Assembly (NCBI GenBank): GCA_014323835.1
Contig: JACONH010000012.1
Span: 95,363 to 159,362, forward strand
From: Alphaproteobacteria bacterium GM202ARS2
GTDB taxonomy: Bacteria > Pseudomonadota > Alphaproteobacteria > GM7ARS4
Reading direction: 5' to 3'
DNA length: 64,000 nt
Below, piece after piece: positions 40,573-50,383 of this stretch (positions within the stretch are counted from its first letter, which is position 1; every line of letters begins with the position of its first letter). A program made the position numbers and the translations under genes. Under the pieces are notes generated by a model. It saw only the letters and a list, made by a program, of their open reading frames with translations, made no database searches and was not told where the DNA came from.

Positions 40573-41760
40573 TTACGCCTGCATACGGCGTATTGCCTCG
40601 CCGTCGCCCAATTCTGCTGCTCGTTTATAATCATCCAACGCCTTGTCCTCGTTGCCCAACGTCTCATAAGCCTTCGCACGTTGACGATACACCGCGCCCT
40701 GATACGAATCTAAGGCAATCGCCCGTGTATAATCCTCGATGGCTCTTGGCAAATCGCCCCTGCCCGCATAAGCAAAGCCTCGATTGGCATACAACAACGC
40801 ATCCGAGCCATCGCTCAATTCTATTGCCTTGGTGTAATCCACAACCGCACGATGATGGTCGCCATGACGCACATAGGCATACGCCCGATTGTTATACGCC
40901 ACCGCATAATACGGCTGTAAATCAATCGCCTGCGTAAAGTCCTCTATCGCCTCGGCAAAGTCACCGCGGCTATAATACGTGTTCGCCCGATTGTTATAGA
41001 AAACCGCCTGCTGCGGGTTTAATTCTATCGCCTTGGTATAATCACTAATCGCCTGCAACCTATCGCCCTTATCGCCCTTCTTGGCATAAGCATTGCCCCG
41101 ACTATTATAATAGCCGGCATGCTTGGGTTTGAGTTCTATCGCCTGCGTGTAATCGCTAATGGCATCGTCCTTCTCGCCCAACAAGTGATAGGCATCGCCA
41201 CGATTGCCATAATACAAGGCATCCTGCCCATTCAAAGCAATCGCCTGCGTATAATCCTTAATCGCCTCAGCCAAGTCGCCGCGGCTATAATACGTCATGC
41301 CACGATTGTTATAGTGAATAGCGTTGTCCGACTCCAGTTCGATGGCTCGAGTAAAATCCTTAATCGCCCGTAACCTGTCGCCTTGGTCGCCCTTATGAAC
41401 ATAAGCATTGCCCCGACGAGTATAAAAATCGGCCCGCTTGGGCTCCAAGTCAATCGCCTTGTTGAAATCGGCAAGAGCCCGCTCCTTGTCGCCATTCTGA
41501 TGATAAATGTCGCCGCGGTTGTTATAGAAAACCGCCTGCTTAGGCTGCAAGGCGATGGCTTGCTCCATATCCGCCAAAGCCTCGTCATACGCCGCTGCCC
41601 GCTGATACAACAACGCCCGCTCGTTATGGACAATCGCCCGCTCAACAGGATCCTGTGCGGCTTGCAACGCCTTCGTTTTGTCCTCAATCAATGCGATAAG
41701 CTTGGCATCCATCGTCTGTGCTTGTGTCATGATTCGTCCCTTGATACTATGATACGGCAC
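40573..41760 (-). CDS. tetratricopeptide (TPR) repeat protein
   Basis: 395 aa with at least 9 tandem 34-aa TPR units (AI.L.P..A..YNNRG.AY...GD...AI.DYT.AIEL.P). Confidence 0.8.
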   Translation of the reverse strand: MPYHSIKGRIMTQAQTMDAKLIALIEDKTKALQAAQDPVERAIVHNERALLYQRAAAYDEALADMEQAIALQPKQAVFYNNRGDIYHQNGDKERALADFNKAIDLEPKRADFYTRRGNAYVHKGDQGDRLRAIKDFTRAIELESDNAIHYNNRGMTYYSRGDLAEAIKDYTQAIALNGQDALYYGNRGDAYHLLGEKDDAISDYTQAIELKPKHAGYYNSRGNAYAKKGDKGDRLQAISDYTKAIELNPQQAVFYNNRANTYYSRGDFAEAIEDFTQAIDLQPYYAVAYNNRAYAYVRHGDHHRAVVDYTKAIELSDGSDALLYANRGFAYAGRGDLPRAIEDYTRAIALDSYQGAVYRQRAKAYETLGNEDKALDDYKRAAELGDGEAIRRMQA

Positions 41761-41795
41761 CCCCGCAATTCACCCCACCCTAGCACATAATCACA

Positions 41796-42410
41796 ATGTT
41801 CTTCAAACGCTTGAACCAAGACCTCACCGCCTTCTGTAGCAGAGACCCCGCGGCAACATCGAAGTTGCACGTGCTTTTGCTTTATCCCGGGTTGCATGCG
41901 CTGCTGCTGCACCGCCTCGCGCACCGCCTCTGGCGGATGCACCTGCGATTCCCCGCGCTGTTCATCGCCTTTCTCAGCCGATTCCTCACCAACATCGAAA
42001 TACACCCCGCCGCAACCATCCAAGAAGGACTCGTCATCGACCACGGCAGCGGACTCGTCATCGGCGAAACCACCATCATCGGCAAACACTGCACCCTTTA
42101 CCAAAACGTAACCCTCGGCGGCATTGCGCCCTCCATCAACACCGCCTCACAAAAAAACCGCCAAAGACACCCGCACCTGCACGACTACGTCATCATCGGC
42201 GCCGGCGCACAAGTGCTAGGGGCTATCACCATCGGCACCGGTGCGCGCATCGGCGCCAACGCCGTCGTCACCAACAACGTCAAACCCCACACAACCGTTG
42301 TCGGCATACCGGCAAAACCCATCAAACACACGCCACAAAAAACCGCTCCCGATTTCCAACCCTACGCCCTCACCACCGATACACAAAAAGATGATAAAAA
42401 AGCTCGATAG
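41796..42410 (+). CDS. cysE: serine O-acetyltransferase
   Basis: 204 aa. N-terminal SAT helical region (LLYPGLHALLLHRLAHRLW) and hexapeptide repeats (IHPAATIQEGLVIDHGSGLVIGETTIIGKHCTLYQNVTLGG). Confidence 0.8.
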   Translation: MFFKRLNQDLTAFCSRDPAATSKLHVLLLYPGLHALLLHRLAHRLWRMHLRFPALFIAFLSRFLTNIEIHPAATIQEGLVIDHGSGLVIGETTIIGKHCTLYQNVTLGGIAPSINTASQKNRQRHPHLHDYVIIGAGAQVLGAITIGTGARIGANAVVTNNVKPHTTVVGIPAKPIKHTPQKTAPDFQPYALTTDTQKDDKKAR

Positions 42411-43554
42411 CCTTTACCTCGATTGTAACGCCAGTGCGCCCTTGTTGCCCTGCGCCCGCCAAGCCCTCCTTCAGCACCTCGATACCTACGGCAATCCCTC
42501 GTCGAGCCACGCGCTCGGACAACAAGCCCGCGCCACCATCGATAGCGCCCGACAAACCATCCAAGCAACCCTCAACGCGCAACACGGACGATTCGTCTTC
42601 ACCTCAGGAGCCAGCGAATCCAACGCCCTCGCCCTCACACAAGACTGGCAACACGTTCTGCTCGCCCCCACCGACCACGACTCGCTGGTCGTCCACGCCC
42701 AATACACGTATCCCCAAACGCTGACGTTGCTCCCTGTCACCAAGCACGGACTGCTCGATATCGATGCCCTAGACTCGCAGCTGCGCACCATACGGGCAAC
42801 GTCACAAGGCACAATCCTGCTGTGCTTAACGTGGGCACACAACGAAATCGGCACATACTACGATGACGCTACGTTGCAAGCGATTGTCCGCCTCAGCCGT
42901 GTCTACGACGCTGCCCTGCACATAGACGCCGCGCAAGCCGTGGGCAAAATCCCCGTCAACATCGATGGGTTGGCTCCGCAGCACCCCGCTTTGTCGGTTG
43001 CTCTTTCCGCTCACAAAGTCGGGGGACCCAAGGGTATTGGCGGATTCTACACGACTCGACAAGAAACTCGACCCCTGACATACGGCGGCGGACAAGAATA
43101 CGCCCTCAGACCCGGTAGCGAACACACGCCCGCCATCGCTGCTTTTGCCGCCGCTGTCGCCCACACCCACAACACCACAGCACAAAAACAATGGCAGAAG
43201 TGGCGCGATGCTTTCGAAGACAACCTGCAACAGAGCCTACCGCAAGCCGTCATCATCGCTCGGGACGCCCCGAGACTGCCGAATACCAGCTGTTTTGCTC
43301 TGCCGCCGGTGCTGGCGGAAACGATGCTGGTCGCTCTCGACCTCGATAACATCGCTATTGGTAAAGGCTCTGCCTGCGCCCAAGCCAAAAATGAACCGTC
43401 ACGAACCCTGAAAGCCATCGGACACGACAGCCTACAAAGCTACACCATGCGAGCCAGCTGCGGTATGCACAACAACAAAGACGACTTCGACAGATTGCTG
43501 GCAGCCCTGCAAAAAAATGTCGAAAATATGAGCCATGCTCGTGATAGGGCTTGA
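42391..43554 (+). CDS. cysteine desulfurase family protein (class V aminotransferase, NifS-like paralog)
   Basis: Start set at ATG 42391 ([20 protein letters not shown]...). Fold-type I PLP enzyme features: ...[11 protein letters not shown]...[13 protein letters not shown]...[15 protein letters not shown]... The upstream part of the 42241 ORF overlaps cysE. Confidence 0.7.
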   Translation: MIKKLDSLYLDCNASAPLLPCARQALLQHLDTYGNPSSSHALGQQARATIDSARQTIQATLNAQHGRFVFTSGASESNALALTQDWQHVLLAPTDHDSLVVHAQYTYPQTLTLLPVTKHGLLDIDALDSQLRTIRATSQGTILLCLTWAHNEIGTYYDDATLQAIVRLSRVYDAALHIDAAQAVGKIPVNIDGLAPQHPALSVALSAHKVGGPKGIGGFYTTRQETRPLTYGGGQEYALRPGSEHTPAIAAFAAAVAHTHNTTAQKQWQKWRDAFEDNLQQSLPQAVIIARDAPRLPNTSCFALPPVLAETMLVALDLDNIAIGKGSACAQAKNEPSRTLKAIGHDSLQSYTMRASCGMHNNKDDFDRLLAALQKNVENMSHARDRA

Positions 43555-43576
43555 CAACGGGCACGAGAAAACCTAT

Positions 43577-44812
43577 ATGGATAGCATGAGTGCGAAACAC
43601 GACCAGAAACCGATTTACCTCGATTATCAGGCAACGACGCCCACCGACCCGCGAGTGGTGGATGCGATGATGCCGTATTTTCACGAGCATTTTGGCAATC
43701 CTCATTCACGGAACCACCCGTATGGATGGGAAGCGGAAGAAGCCATCGAAAAAGCGAGGGAACAGGTCGCGCACATCATCAACGCTAACCCGAAAGAAAT
43801 CATCTTCACCTCGGGGGCAACGGAATCGAACAACATCGCTATCAAAGGTGTCGCCAAGTTCTACCAAGAACGGAAAAACCACATCATCACGTGCGTCACG
43901 GAACACAAGTGTGTGCTGGAATCATGCCGTCACCTGTCTCAAGATGGCTTCGATATCACCTACCTGCCGGTGCAAGAAAACGGTTTGATTGACCTAGACG
44001 AGTTGCGTAAAGCCATTACCGATAAGACGGCTCTGATTTCTATCATGGGCGTTCACAACGAGATTGGCGTGATTCAGCCTTTGAAGGAAATCGGTGCGTT
44101 GGCGCGGGAACACAAAGTCTTCTTCCATAGCGATTGCGCGCAAGCGGTGGGCAAAATCCCCCTCGACGTCCAAGAGATGAATATTGACCTGATGAGTATC
44201 TCGGGTCACAAAATCTACGGGCCCAAAGGTGTGGGTGCCCTGTTTGTGCGCCGTAAGCCACGGGTGCGGCTCGCCCCCATGATGAGCGGCGGCGGACAAG
44301 AAAGAGGCATGCGCTCAGGCACACTGCCAACGCCCCTCTGTGTCGGACTCGGCGAAGCATGCGCTATCTGCGAAAAAGAAATGGCAAAAGAAAACGAACG
44401 GCTCCATAGCCTACACAACCAGTTCATCGCAGATATCAAAAGTGAGCTCTCCGATGTTTACATCAACGGCGACACCACACACCGAATCCCCGGCAACATC
44501 AATATTAGCTTCGCCTACGTCGAAGGCGAGTCGCTGATGATGGGCATTAAAGACTTGTCGCTGTCCTCAGGGTCGGCATGCACGTCCGCATCGTTGGAAC
44601 CTTCTTATGTGTTGCGCGCTCTGGGCGTGGACGAGGAGTTGGCTCACACCAGCCTCAGAATCGGTTTGGGGCGATTCACAACCAAAGAGCAGCTGAAAAA
44701 AGCCGCTCAATCGATTGTCTCGAGCGTGCAAAAACTCAGGGAAATGAGCCCGCTATGGGAAATGGCTCAAGAAGGAATCGATATCAGCAAAATCGAGTGG
44801 GCCCATCACTAA
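43577..44812 (+). CDS. iscS: cysteine desulfurase IscS
   Basis: [53 protein letters not shown], the PLP-lysine motif [20 protein letters not shown] and the active-site loop [21 protein letters not shown]. The start could be 43577 or 43586. Confidence 0.85.
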   Translation: MDSMSAKHDQKPIYLDYQATTPTDPRVVDAMMPYFHEHFGNPHSRNHPYGWEAEEAIEKAREQVAHIINANPKEIIFTSGATESNNIAIKGVAKFYQERKNHIITCVTEHKCVLESCRHLSQDGFDITYLPVQENGLIDLDELRKAITDKTALISIMGVHNEIGVIQPLKEIGALAREHKVFFHSDCAQAVGKIPLDVQEMNIDLMSISGHKIYGPKGVGALFVRRKPRVRLAPMMSGGGQERGMRSGTLPTPLCVGLGEACAICEKEMAKENERLHSLHNQFIADIKSELSDVYINGDTTHRIPGNINISFAYVEGESLMMGIKDLSLSSGSACTSASLEPSYVLRALGVDEELAHTSLRIGLGRFTTKEQLKKAAQSIVSSVQKLREMSPLWEMAQEGIDISKIEWAHH

Positions 44813-44898
44813 TCAACAGACGTTCAGCTTTCATTCATGGCACAACGTGATATACTAGGTGACAACGTGACAACCAACCAACACACACAGGAGCAGTC

Positions 44899-45279
44899 AT
44901 GTCATACAGCGACCAACTCTTAGACCACTACGAAAAACCGCGCAATATCGGTTCTATGGACAAGCAAGACAAAAATGTCGGCACCGGCCTCGTCGGTGCA
45001 CCCGCTTGCGGCGACGTTATGAAACTGCAAATCAAAGTCAATGAAAAAGGTGTCATCGAAGACGCCAAATTCAAGACTTTTGGATGCGGTTCGGCAATTG
45101 CTTCTAGTTCGCTCGTCACCGAATGGGTGAAAGGCAAAACCATCGATGAAGCCATGGCTATCAAGAACACACAGATAGCGGAACATCTTGCTTTGCCGCC
45201 GGTGAAGATCCACTGCTCGATTCTTGCGGAAGATGCGGTTAAGGCTGCTATCAAAGATTACCAAGATAAAAACGCCTAA
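44899..45279 (+). CDS. iscU: Fe-S cluster assembly scaffold IscU
   Basis: 126 aa. LLDHYEKPRNIGSMD...GAPACGDVMKLQIKV...FKTFGCGSAIASSSL...LPPVKIHCSILAEDAVKAAI are hallmark IscU motifs. Confidence 0.9.
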   Translation: MSYSDQLLDHYEKPRNIGSMDKQDKNVGTGLVGAPACGDVMKLQIKVNEKGVIEDAKFKTFGCGSAIASSSLVTEWVKGKTIDEAMAIKNTQIAEHLALPPVKIHCSILAEDAVKAAIKDYQDKNA

Positions 45280-45419
45280 GCAGGTGCGGGTGCGGCAAGG
45301 GGTGCGGGGCGGTCGTGGCAACGGGTGCGGTGAGCGGCGGTTGTGGCAAAGGGAGCAGGCGTGGCACGGGAGCGGGTGCCGCGATAGGCGGGGGTTGTGA
45401 CGCGATAGGAGTGTAGTAA

Positions 45420-45755
45420 ATGGCGACACCGATGATGAACATCACGCCCGCTGCGGCGAAAAGGGTCAAAGAGCTTATTCATGCGCGCCAGAAGCCGACT
45501 GCTGGGTTGCGCCTCGCTATCAGTAGTCGGGGATGCTCGGGGCTGTCTTACGTGCTCGAGTACGCCAATCAGCCCGAGCCTAACGACGAAAGCATACAAG
45601 CAGATGGTGTGACGATTTACATCGACCCGAAAGCCATCATGTTTCTTATTGGAACGGAAATGGATTACGTGGAAGAAGAGTTGGAATCGGGATTCGTCTT
45701 CCGCAACCCCAATGAAAAGGGACGTTGCGGTTGCGGTGAGTCCTTTCACGTCTAG
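45420..45755 (+). CDS. iscA: iron-sulfur cluster insertion protein (IscA/HesB family)
   Basis: 111 aa. ...GLRLAISSRGCSGLSYVLEY... with the C-terminal CGCGESF motif. Confidence 0.85.
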   Translation: MATPMMNITPAAAKRVKELIHARQKPTAGLRLAISSRGCSGLSYVLEYANQPEPNDESIQADGVTIYIDPKAIMFLIGTEMDYVEEELESGFVFRNPNEKGRCGCGESFHV

Positions 45756-45770
45756 TGTCTTGTCTGGTAT

Positions 45771-46367
45771 ATGCGTGCGCAACAACAAGAAGCATGGTGT
45801 GCGTGTTGGTCATGCCAGCACCCCATACAGAAAGACAGCATGGTGCTTAGGTGTCCTGTGTGTAACGCTTTACAGCCGTATTACGACGATGATCCTTTTA
45901 CCGTTCTTGCGGTTGCTCCGAGTTACACGTTAGACTTTAAGCAAGTGGACGAGTCGTATATTCGTTTGCAAGCCGAAATGCACCCTGACCGGTTTCCTTT
46001 AGCGAGCGCTAAGGAGAAGCGCATTGCTGCGGCGAATACGGCGACTCTCAATGCGTGTTATGGGACGTTGCGGCATCCGTTGAAGCGGGCGGTTGCGTTG
46101 ATGGCTCATGCGGGTCAACGGGCAAGCACCAGCAACGAGCAGACGACCATCGATGACCCTGACCTTCTTATGGACATGATGACGTTGCGGGAACAGCTGG
46201 CGGACAGCGATGTTGCTGAAGCGAAGCGATGCTACCTTGAGCATCTTGCTGCTTGTGAGGGTGCTATCGATGGCGCGCACCGCCAACAAGATTGGGACGC
46301 GATGGATAGGCATGTGACTCGTTTGCGTTATCTTTTGCGTCTTGGCGAAGACGTTGTAGGGGGTTGA
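45771..46367 (+). CDS. hscB: Fe-S cluster co-chaperone HscB with an N-terminal tetracysteine zinc-finger-like extension
   Basis: J-domain segment [14 protein letters not shown]...L...[11 protein letters not shown]. The N-terminus carries CWSC...CPVCNALQ. Position in the isc operon fits. Confidence 0.75.
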   Translation: MRAQQQEAWCACWSCQHPIQKDSMVLRCPVCNALQPYYDDDPFTVLAVAPSYTLDFKQVDESYIRLQAEMHPDRFPLASAKEKRIAAANTATLNACYGTLRHPLKRAVALMAHAGQRASTSNEQTTIDDPDLLMDMMTLREQLADSDVAEAKRCYLEHLAACEGAIDGAHRQQDWDAMDRHVTRLRYLLRLGEDVVGG

Positions 46368-48253
46368 GTGTTATGGCTCTTTTGCAGGTTCACGAGCCTG
46401 GTGCGACTCCGCATCCGCACCAAGAAGACGACAGCGATGCGGTTGCGGTTGGCATTGACTTGGGCACGACCCATTCTTTGGTGGCATATTATGGGGAGAG
46501 GGGTCATGGGGACAAAGGTGACGTGCAGGTCATAGCGGACGAGCAGGGGCGTTGCCTGTTGCCGTCAGCTCTTGCGATGCGGGGAGAAGAATGTGTTGCG
46601 GTGGGTTACGAAGCCCTTGCATGTGCGGCGCGGGACGTGCATGTTGTGACGTCTATCAAGCGTTTTATGGGACGAGGCATTGACGATGTGGCGGGGGAGG
46701 ACACGTTGTATCCCATCGAGAGCGGCGAAGGGGGTATGGTGCGTTTGCGTTTGGGGGATGTGACTCATTCGCCGGTGGCGTTATCGGCTTTGTTGTTGCG
46801 TGCTTTGCGTGAGCGTGCGGAGCGTGCTTTGGGTTTTGCGGTTACAAAGGCGGTTATTACGGTGCCGGCTTATTTTGATGATAGTGCTCGTTTGGCAACG
46901 AAGGATGCGGCGCGTTTGGCGGGTTTACAGGTGCTGCGTCTTGTCAACGAGCCGACGGCTGCTGCTTTGGCTTATGGCTTGGATAGTGGCAATGAGGGTT
47001 TATACGCTGTTTATGACTTTGGCGGGGGTACGTTTGATATGTCGTTGTTGCGGCTACGTAAGGGTGTGTTTCAAGTGCTGGCGACGGGGGGTGATTGTGC
47101 TCTTGGGGGTGATGACTTCGACCGGGACGTGCGGGCTGCTCTGCACAAGGAGGGGTGGACAGGCAGTGGCGACAAGGCACAAGATTTACGTCTGGTGCGG
47201 CAGCTAAGGGAAACGTTGAGCAGTAAGGAAAGTGTGAGTCTTGATGATGGGGTTGTGTTGACACGGGAAGCGATGGAAGAGGCGGTTATGCCTCTTGTTG
47301 AGCGTAGTCTGCAGATTTGTGGCAACGTTATGGGTGATGCGGAGGGCATATCGGTTGATGATATACGGGGGGTTGTTTTGGCGGGTGGCTTGACTCGCAC
47401 GCCGATTGTGCGTGAGCAGGTTGAGTCGTTTTTTCATCGTCCGCCGATTACGGGCATGGATCCTGACCAAGTTGTTGTTTGGGGTGCGGCACGGCAGGCG
47501 CGGGCTTTGACGACGGGGGCACAGACTCTTTTGCTTGATGTGTGTCCGTTGTCTTTGGGGCTAGAGACGATGGGGGGTCTTTTTGAGCGTATTATTGCGC
47601 GTAATTCGCCTATTCCGTCGCAGAAAACGCAGACGTTTACGACGTGGCAGGATGGGCAGGTGGCGATGTCTTTGCATGTGTTACAGGGCGAGCGAGAAAT
47701 GGCGAGTGACAATCGTTCTTTGGCTCGTTTTGTGTTGGATGACATTCCGCCTATGACGGCTGGTGCGGCGCGCATTGATGTGAGTTTTACGATTGATGCG
47801 GATGGCTTGTTGACTGTGCAGGCACAGGAGCAATCGACGGGTCACCAGCAGCGTATTGAGGTCAAGCCGTCTTATGGCTTGTCGGAGCAAGAGATGATAG
47901 CGATGTTACGGCAAAGTGCGGAGCATGGTAGGGACGATATGGTGAAGCGTTTGTTGTTGCAGGCTCGTGTTGAGGGTAGGCGTTTGTTGTCTGCGGTTGA
48001 TTCGGCTTTGGTTCAGGCGGGGCATTTGTGTTCGGTGTCGGAAAGAAAAAGCATCGATGAGGCAATAAGCATCTTGGCACGAGCGGTCCAACGCGATACA
48101 AAAGAGGACATAACGCGGGCGATGGATGCCTTGGAGAAGGCGACCGAGCCCTTCGCGCAGCGGCGCATGCAAGAAGCCATGCGTTCGGCTTTGAAGGGAC
48201 GCTCAACGCAGGATGTCGAAAGCGCCATGCAAGACAACAAAAACAAACCATAG
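46364..48253 (+). CDS. hscA: Fe-S cluster chaperone HscA (Hsp70 family)
   Basis: 629 aa. Hsp70 motifs [22 protein letters not shown] and a substrate-binding domain. GTGA overlap with the hscB stop. Confidence 0.9.
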   Translation: MSVMALLQVHEPGATPHPHQEDDSDAVAVGIDLGTTHSLVAYYGERGHGDKGDVQVIADEQGRCLLPSALAMRGEECVAVGYEALACAARDVHVVTSIKRFMGRGIDDVAGEDTLYPIESGEGGMVRLRLGDVTHSPVALSALLLRALRERAERALGFAVTKAVITVPAYFDDSARLATKDAARLAGLQVLRLVNEPTAAALAYGLDSGNEGLYAVYDFGGGTFDMSLLRLRKGVFQVLATGGDCALGGDDFDRDVRAALHKEGWTGSGDKAQDLRLVRQLRETLSSKESVSLDDGVVLTREAMEEAVMPLVERSLQICGNVMGDAEGISVDDIRGVVLAGGLTRTPIVREQVESFFHRPPITGMDPDQVVVWGAARQARALTTGAQTLLLDVCPLSLGLETMGGLFERIIARNSPIPSQKTQTFTTWQDGQVAMSLHVLQGEREMASDNRSLARFVLDDIPPMTAGAARIDVSFTIDADGLLTVQAQEQSTGHQQRIEVKPSYGLSEQEMIAMLRQSAEHGRDDMVKRLLLQARVEGRRLLSAVDSALVQAGHLCSVSERKSIDEAISILARAVQRDTKEDITRAMDALEKATEPFAQRRMQEAMRSALKGRSTQDVESAMQDNKNKP

Positions 48254-48265
48254 GAGAGCCAAGCC

Positions 48266-48601
48266 ATGCCCAAAGTAACGTTCGTTGAACACAACGGAAA
48301 ACGCCATGAAATCGAAGCGGAAGCGGGGCAATCTCTGCTGGAAATTGCTCACCATAACCACATCGCTTTGGAAGGTGCCTGCGAGGGCTCGTTGGCGTGC
48401 TCGACATGCCATGTTATTGTCGATGAGGCTTTTTATGATAAACTGGATGAAGCCTCCGAAAACGAAGAAGATATGTTGGACTTGGCGTGGGGACTGACGG
48501 AAACGTCACGGCTGGGCTGCCAGATTATCTTGACGGATGAACTGGACGGATTGGTGGTAACGTTGCCGGCGGCAACCCGCAACATGCAGGTGGATGGCTG
48601 A
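48266..48601 (+). CDS. fdx: [2Fe-2S] ferredoxin (Fdx, isc-associated)
   Basis: 111 aa. [34 protein letters not shown]...[17 protein letters not shown] has the adrenodoxin-type cysteine spacing. Confidence 0.85.
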   Translation: MPKVTFVEHNGKRHEIEAEAGQSLLEIAHHNHIALEGACEGSLACSTCHVIVDEAFYDKLDEASENEEDMLDLAWGLTETSRLGCQIILTDELDGLVVTLPAATRNMQVDG

Positions 48602-48602
48602 T

Positions 48603-48803
48603 ATGGGACTGCGCTGGAGTGACACCTACGATATTGCTATCGAACTGGAAGAACGCTATCCCAACGAGGATAACGTCAATCTGCGTTTTACGGACTTGCA
48701 CAAGTGGGTCACGAGCCTGCCCGACTTCGAAGACGACCCGCAAGGGTCTAATGAATCTATCCTCGAAGCCATACAGATGGCTTGGATCGAAGAAAGAGAA
48801 TGA
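48603..48803 (+). CDS. iscX: Fe-S assembly protein IscX
   Basis: MGLRWSDTYDIAIELEERYPNEDNVNLRFTDLHKWVTSLPDFEDDPQGSNESILEAIQMAWIEE is colinear with E. coli IscX (MGLKWTDSREIGEAL...). The in-frame ATG at 48594 would overlap fdx. Confidence 0.7.
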   Translation: MGLRWSDTYDIAIELEERYPNEDNVNLRFTDLHKWVTSLPDFEDDPQGSNESILEAIQMAWIEERE

Positions 48804-49837
48804 AAGCGATCGAACGTATCAAAATCAGTAACGTTGCAGCTTTTGAGGAATTCGATTGCGCACTGTCCCCGGGCATCAACGCGTTTATTGGCGTTAATGG
48901 CACAGGAAAAACACGCCTGCTGAAACTGCTGTATATTTTTTGTCATTGGGTCGAAAGGAAGTATTTTGATACAGGCAATTTAAATATTGAATATTTGAAT
49001 GAATATTTTTTACCTAGTGAAAATTCTATTGGCAGGTTAGTAAGAAAAGGGCAGCAGGACGCTGAAGTTAGGTTTTTTATAGATGGAAAGAGTAAATTTA
49101 TGTCTTTTAGTAGAAACATGACGCAAGGCTTGATTTTTGGTGGAAACATCAAAATTGAAGCGACAATAAAAGGTGTCTACATTCCGTCAAAGGACATTCT
49201 TGCCAATGCACCAGGTTTTAGGTCTCTTTATGAAAAAAGGGAAATTCATTTTGAGAAAGTCTTTAAGGATATTCTTGACCATGCGTATCTTCCTTCTCTT
49301 AAAAACATTGATAGCAGAAAGGCGATGCTGGATATTTTGCAACGGGAGATGGGGGGACAGGTCGTCATCAAGGGCGAGGAGTTTTTTTTGGTGACGGACA
49401 AAGGGGAAGAATTCGAATTTACCCTACTGGCAGAGGGCATGCGTAAGTTAGGGTTGTTGTGGCTGTTGATTAAGAATGGTTCTTTGATAGCTGATGATGA
49501 CAATACGTTGTCGGTTTTGTGTTGGGATGAGCCTGAGACGAATTTGAATCCGAGGATGTTTGAATCGGTGGTGGATGTTCTGTTAGCGTTGCAGCGTCAA
49601 GGAGTGCAAATATTCTTGGCGACTCACAGCTATCCTTTTTTGAAGTTCATCGACCTGAAACGTAATAAAGAAAGCGACAAGGTTTTGTTTCATGCTCTCG
49701 ATGTTGATACGTCCCATGGTGTTACGTGCGAAAGCACGAAGCATTACGAAGACCTTGCCCCCAATGCGTTGGTTGAAGCCTATGATACGCTATATGACTA
49801 TGAAATCAAACGTATGGTGGGGAGAAAAAGAACGTGA
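48800..49837 (+). CDS. ABC-type / AAA_21-like ATPase (defence-associated family candidate)
   Basis: Start set at ATG 48800 (ATGA overlap with the iscX stop): MKAIERIKISNVAAFEEF.. Walker A is GVNGTGKT, signature-like LAEGMRKLGLL, Walker B LSVLCWDEPETNLNP, H-loop IFLATHSYPF. GC content drops sharply after about 48930. Confidence 0.7.
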   Translation: MKAIERIKISNVAAFEEFDCALSPGINAFIGVNGTGKTRLLKLLYIFCHWVERKYFDTGNLNIEYLNEYFLPSENSIGRLVRKGQQDAEVRFFIDGKSKFMSFSRNMTQGLIFGGNIKIEATIKGVYIPSKDILANAPGFRSLYEKREIHFEKVFKDILDHAYLPSLKNIDSRKAMLDILQREMGGQVVIKGEEFFLVTDKGEEFEFTLLAEGMRKLGLLWLLIKNGSLIADDDNTLSVLCWDEPETNLNPRMFESVVDVLLALQRQGVQIFLATHSYPFLKFIDLKRNKESDKVLFHALDVDTSHGVTCESTKHYEDLAPNALVEAYDTLYDYEIKRMVGRKRT

Positions 49838-50337
49838 CCTATCTTGAAGAAGGTAATTTGCGCATTGCCAAAGGTGGTGCTCTTCGTTGTTATAAGTTCG
49901 ATGACGAGAGGCAAACTGCTCGTGGCATGAAAGCAGTGGACTTTATTTTTGAATTTGACGATTGCTATTGGTTTATTGAATTCAAAGATCCAGACGACCC
50001 TCGTGCGCGTAAAGAAAGTCGAGATAAATTTTTTGGAAAGGAAATTGACATTGAATTAGCAATAAAATTTAGGGATACTTTTTTGTACCGTTGGGCTGAA
50101 GGTGGAGACGAGGCTCAGGGTAAAAAAGCTATACGTTACCTCGTTTTGTTCACAGGGCTGGATAGTGGTCAACGCATAAGAAGGATGGAATCGTTAAGAA
50201 ATAAATTGCGTGATAGTGATTGTTGTCCAAAGTCGTGGAAGAATATACTTCTCGATGAGTGTGCTATCTTTGATATGGAAGAATGGAATAAAAGATTTCC
50301 CGACAATCCTGTATCTCGGCTGAGCGAGTCCGTATGA
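49834..50337 (+). CDS. small protein with a PD-(D/E)xK nuclease-like core motif (hypothetical partner of the ATPase)
   Basis: GTG start overlapping the ATPase stop (GTGA). 167 aa. ..AVDFIFEFDDCYWFIEFKD.. fits the beta-strand D ... E-x-K pattern of restriction-endonuclease-fold nucleases. AT-rich codon usage. Confidence 0.6.
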   Translation: MTYLEEGNLRIAKGGALRCYKFDDERQTARGMKAVDFIFEFDDCYWFIEFKDPDDPRARKESRDKFFGKEIDIELAIKFRDTFLYRWAEGGDEAQGKKAIRYLVLFTGLDSGQRIRRMESLRNKLRDSDCCPKSWKNILLDECAIFDMEEWNKRFPDNPVSRLSESV

Positions 50338-50375
50338 AAGCATAAGAATATAAGTTTTTGTCTTTTATGCTTTTT
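50338..50375 (+). terminator. putative terminator hairpin between convergent genes
   Basis: AAGCATAA - 19-nt loop - TTATGCTT followed by TTT, immediately after the stop at 50337. Confidence 0.35.
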
Positions 50376-50383
50376 AGGTTCTG

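Noticed and set aside
48782-48799. Upstream ATG (48782) as the ATPase start, the 52619 ORF start for dapF and the 4154 start for gph
   Set aside because: Each would overlap the preceding gene extensively and add unconserved residues. Downstream starts with ATGA coupling (48800) or homology-supported N-termini (52717 or 52777, 4355) were preferred.
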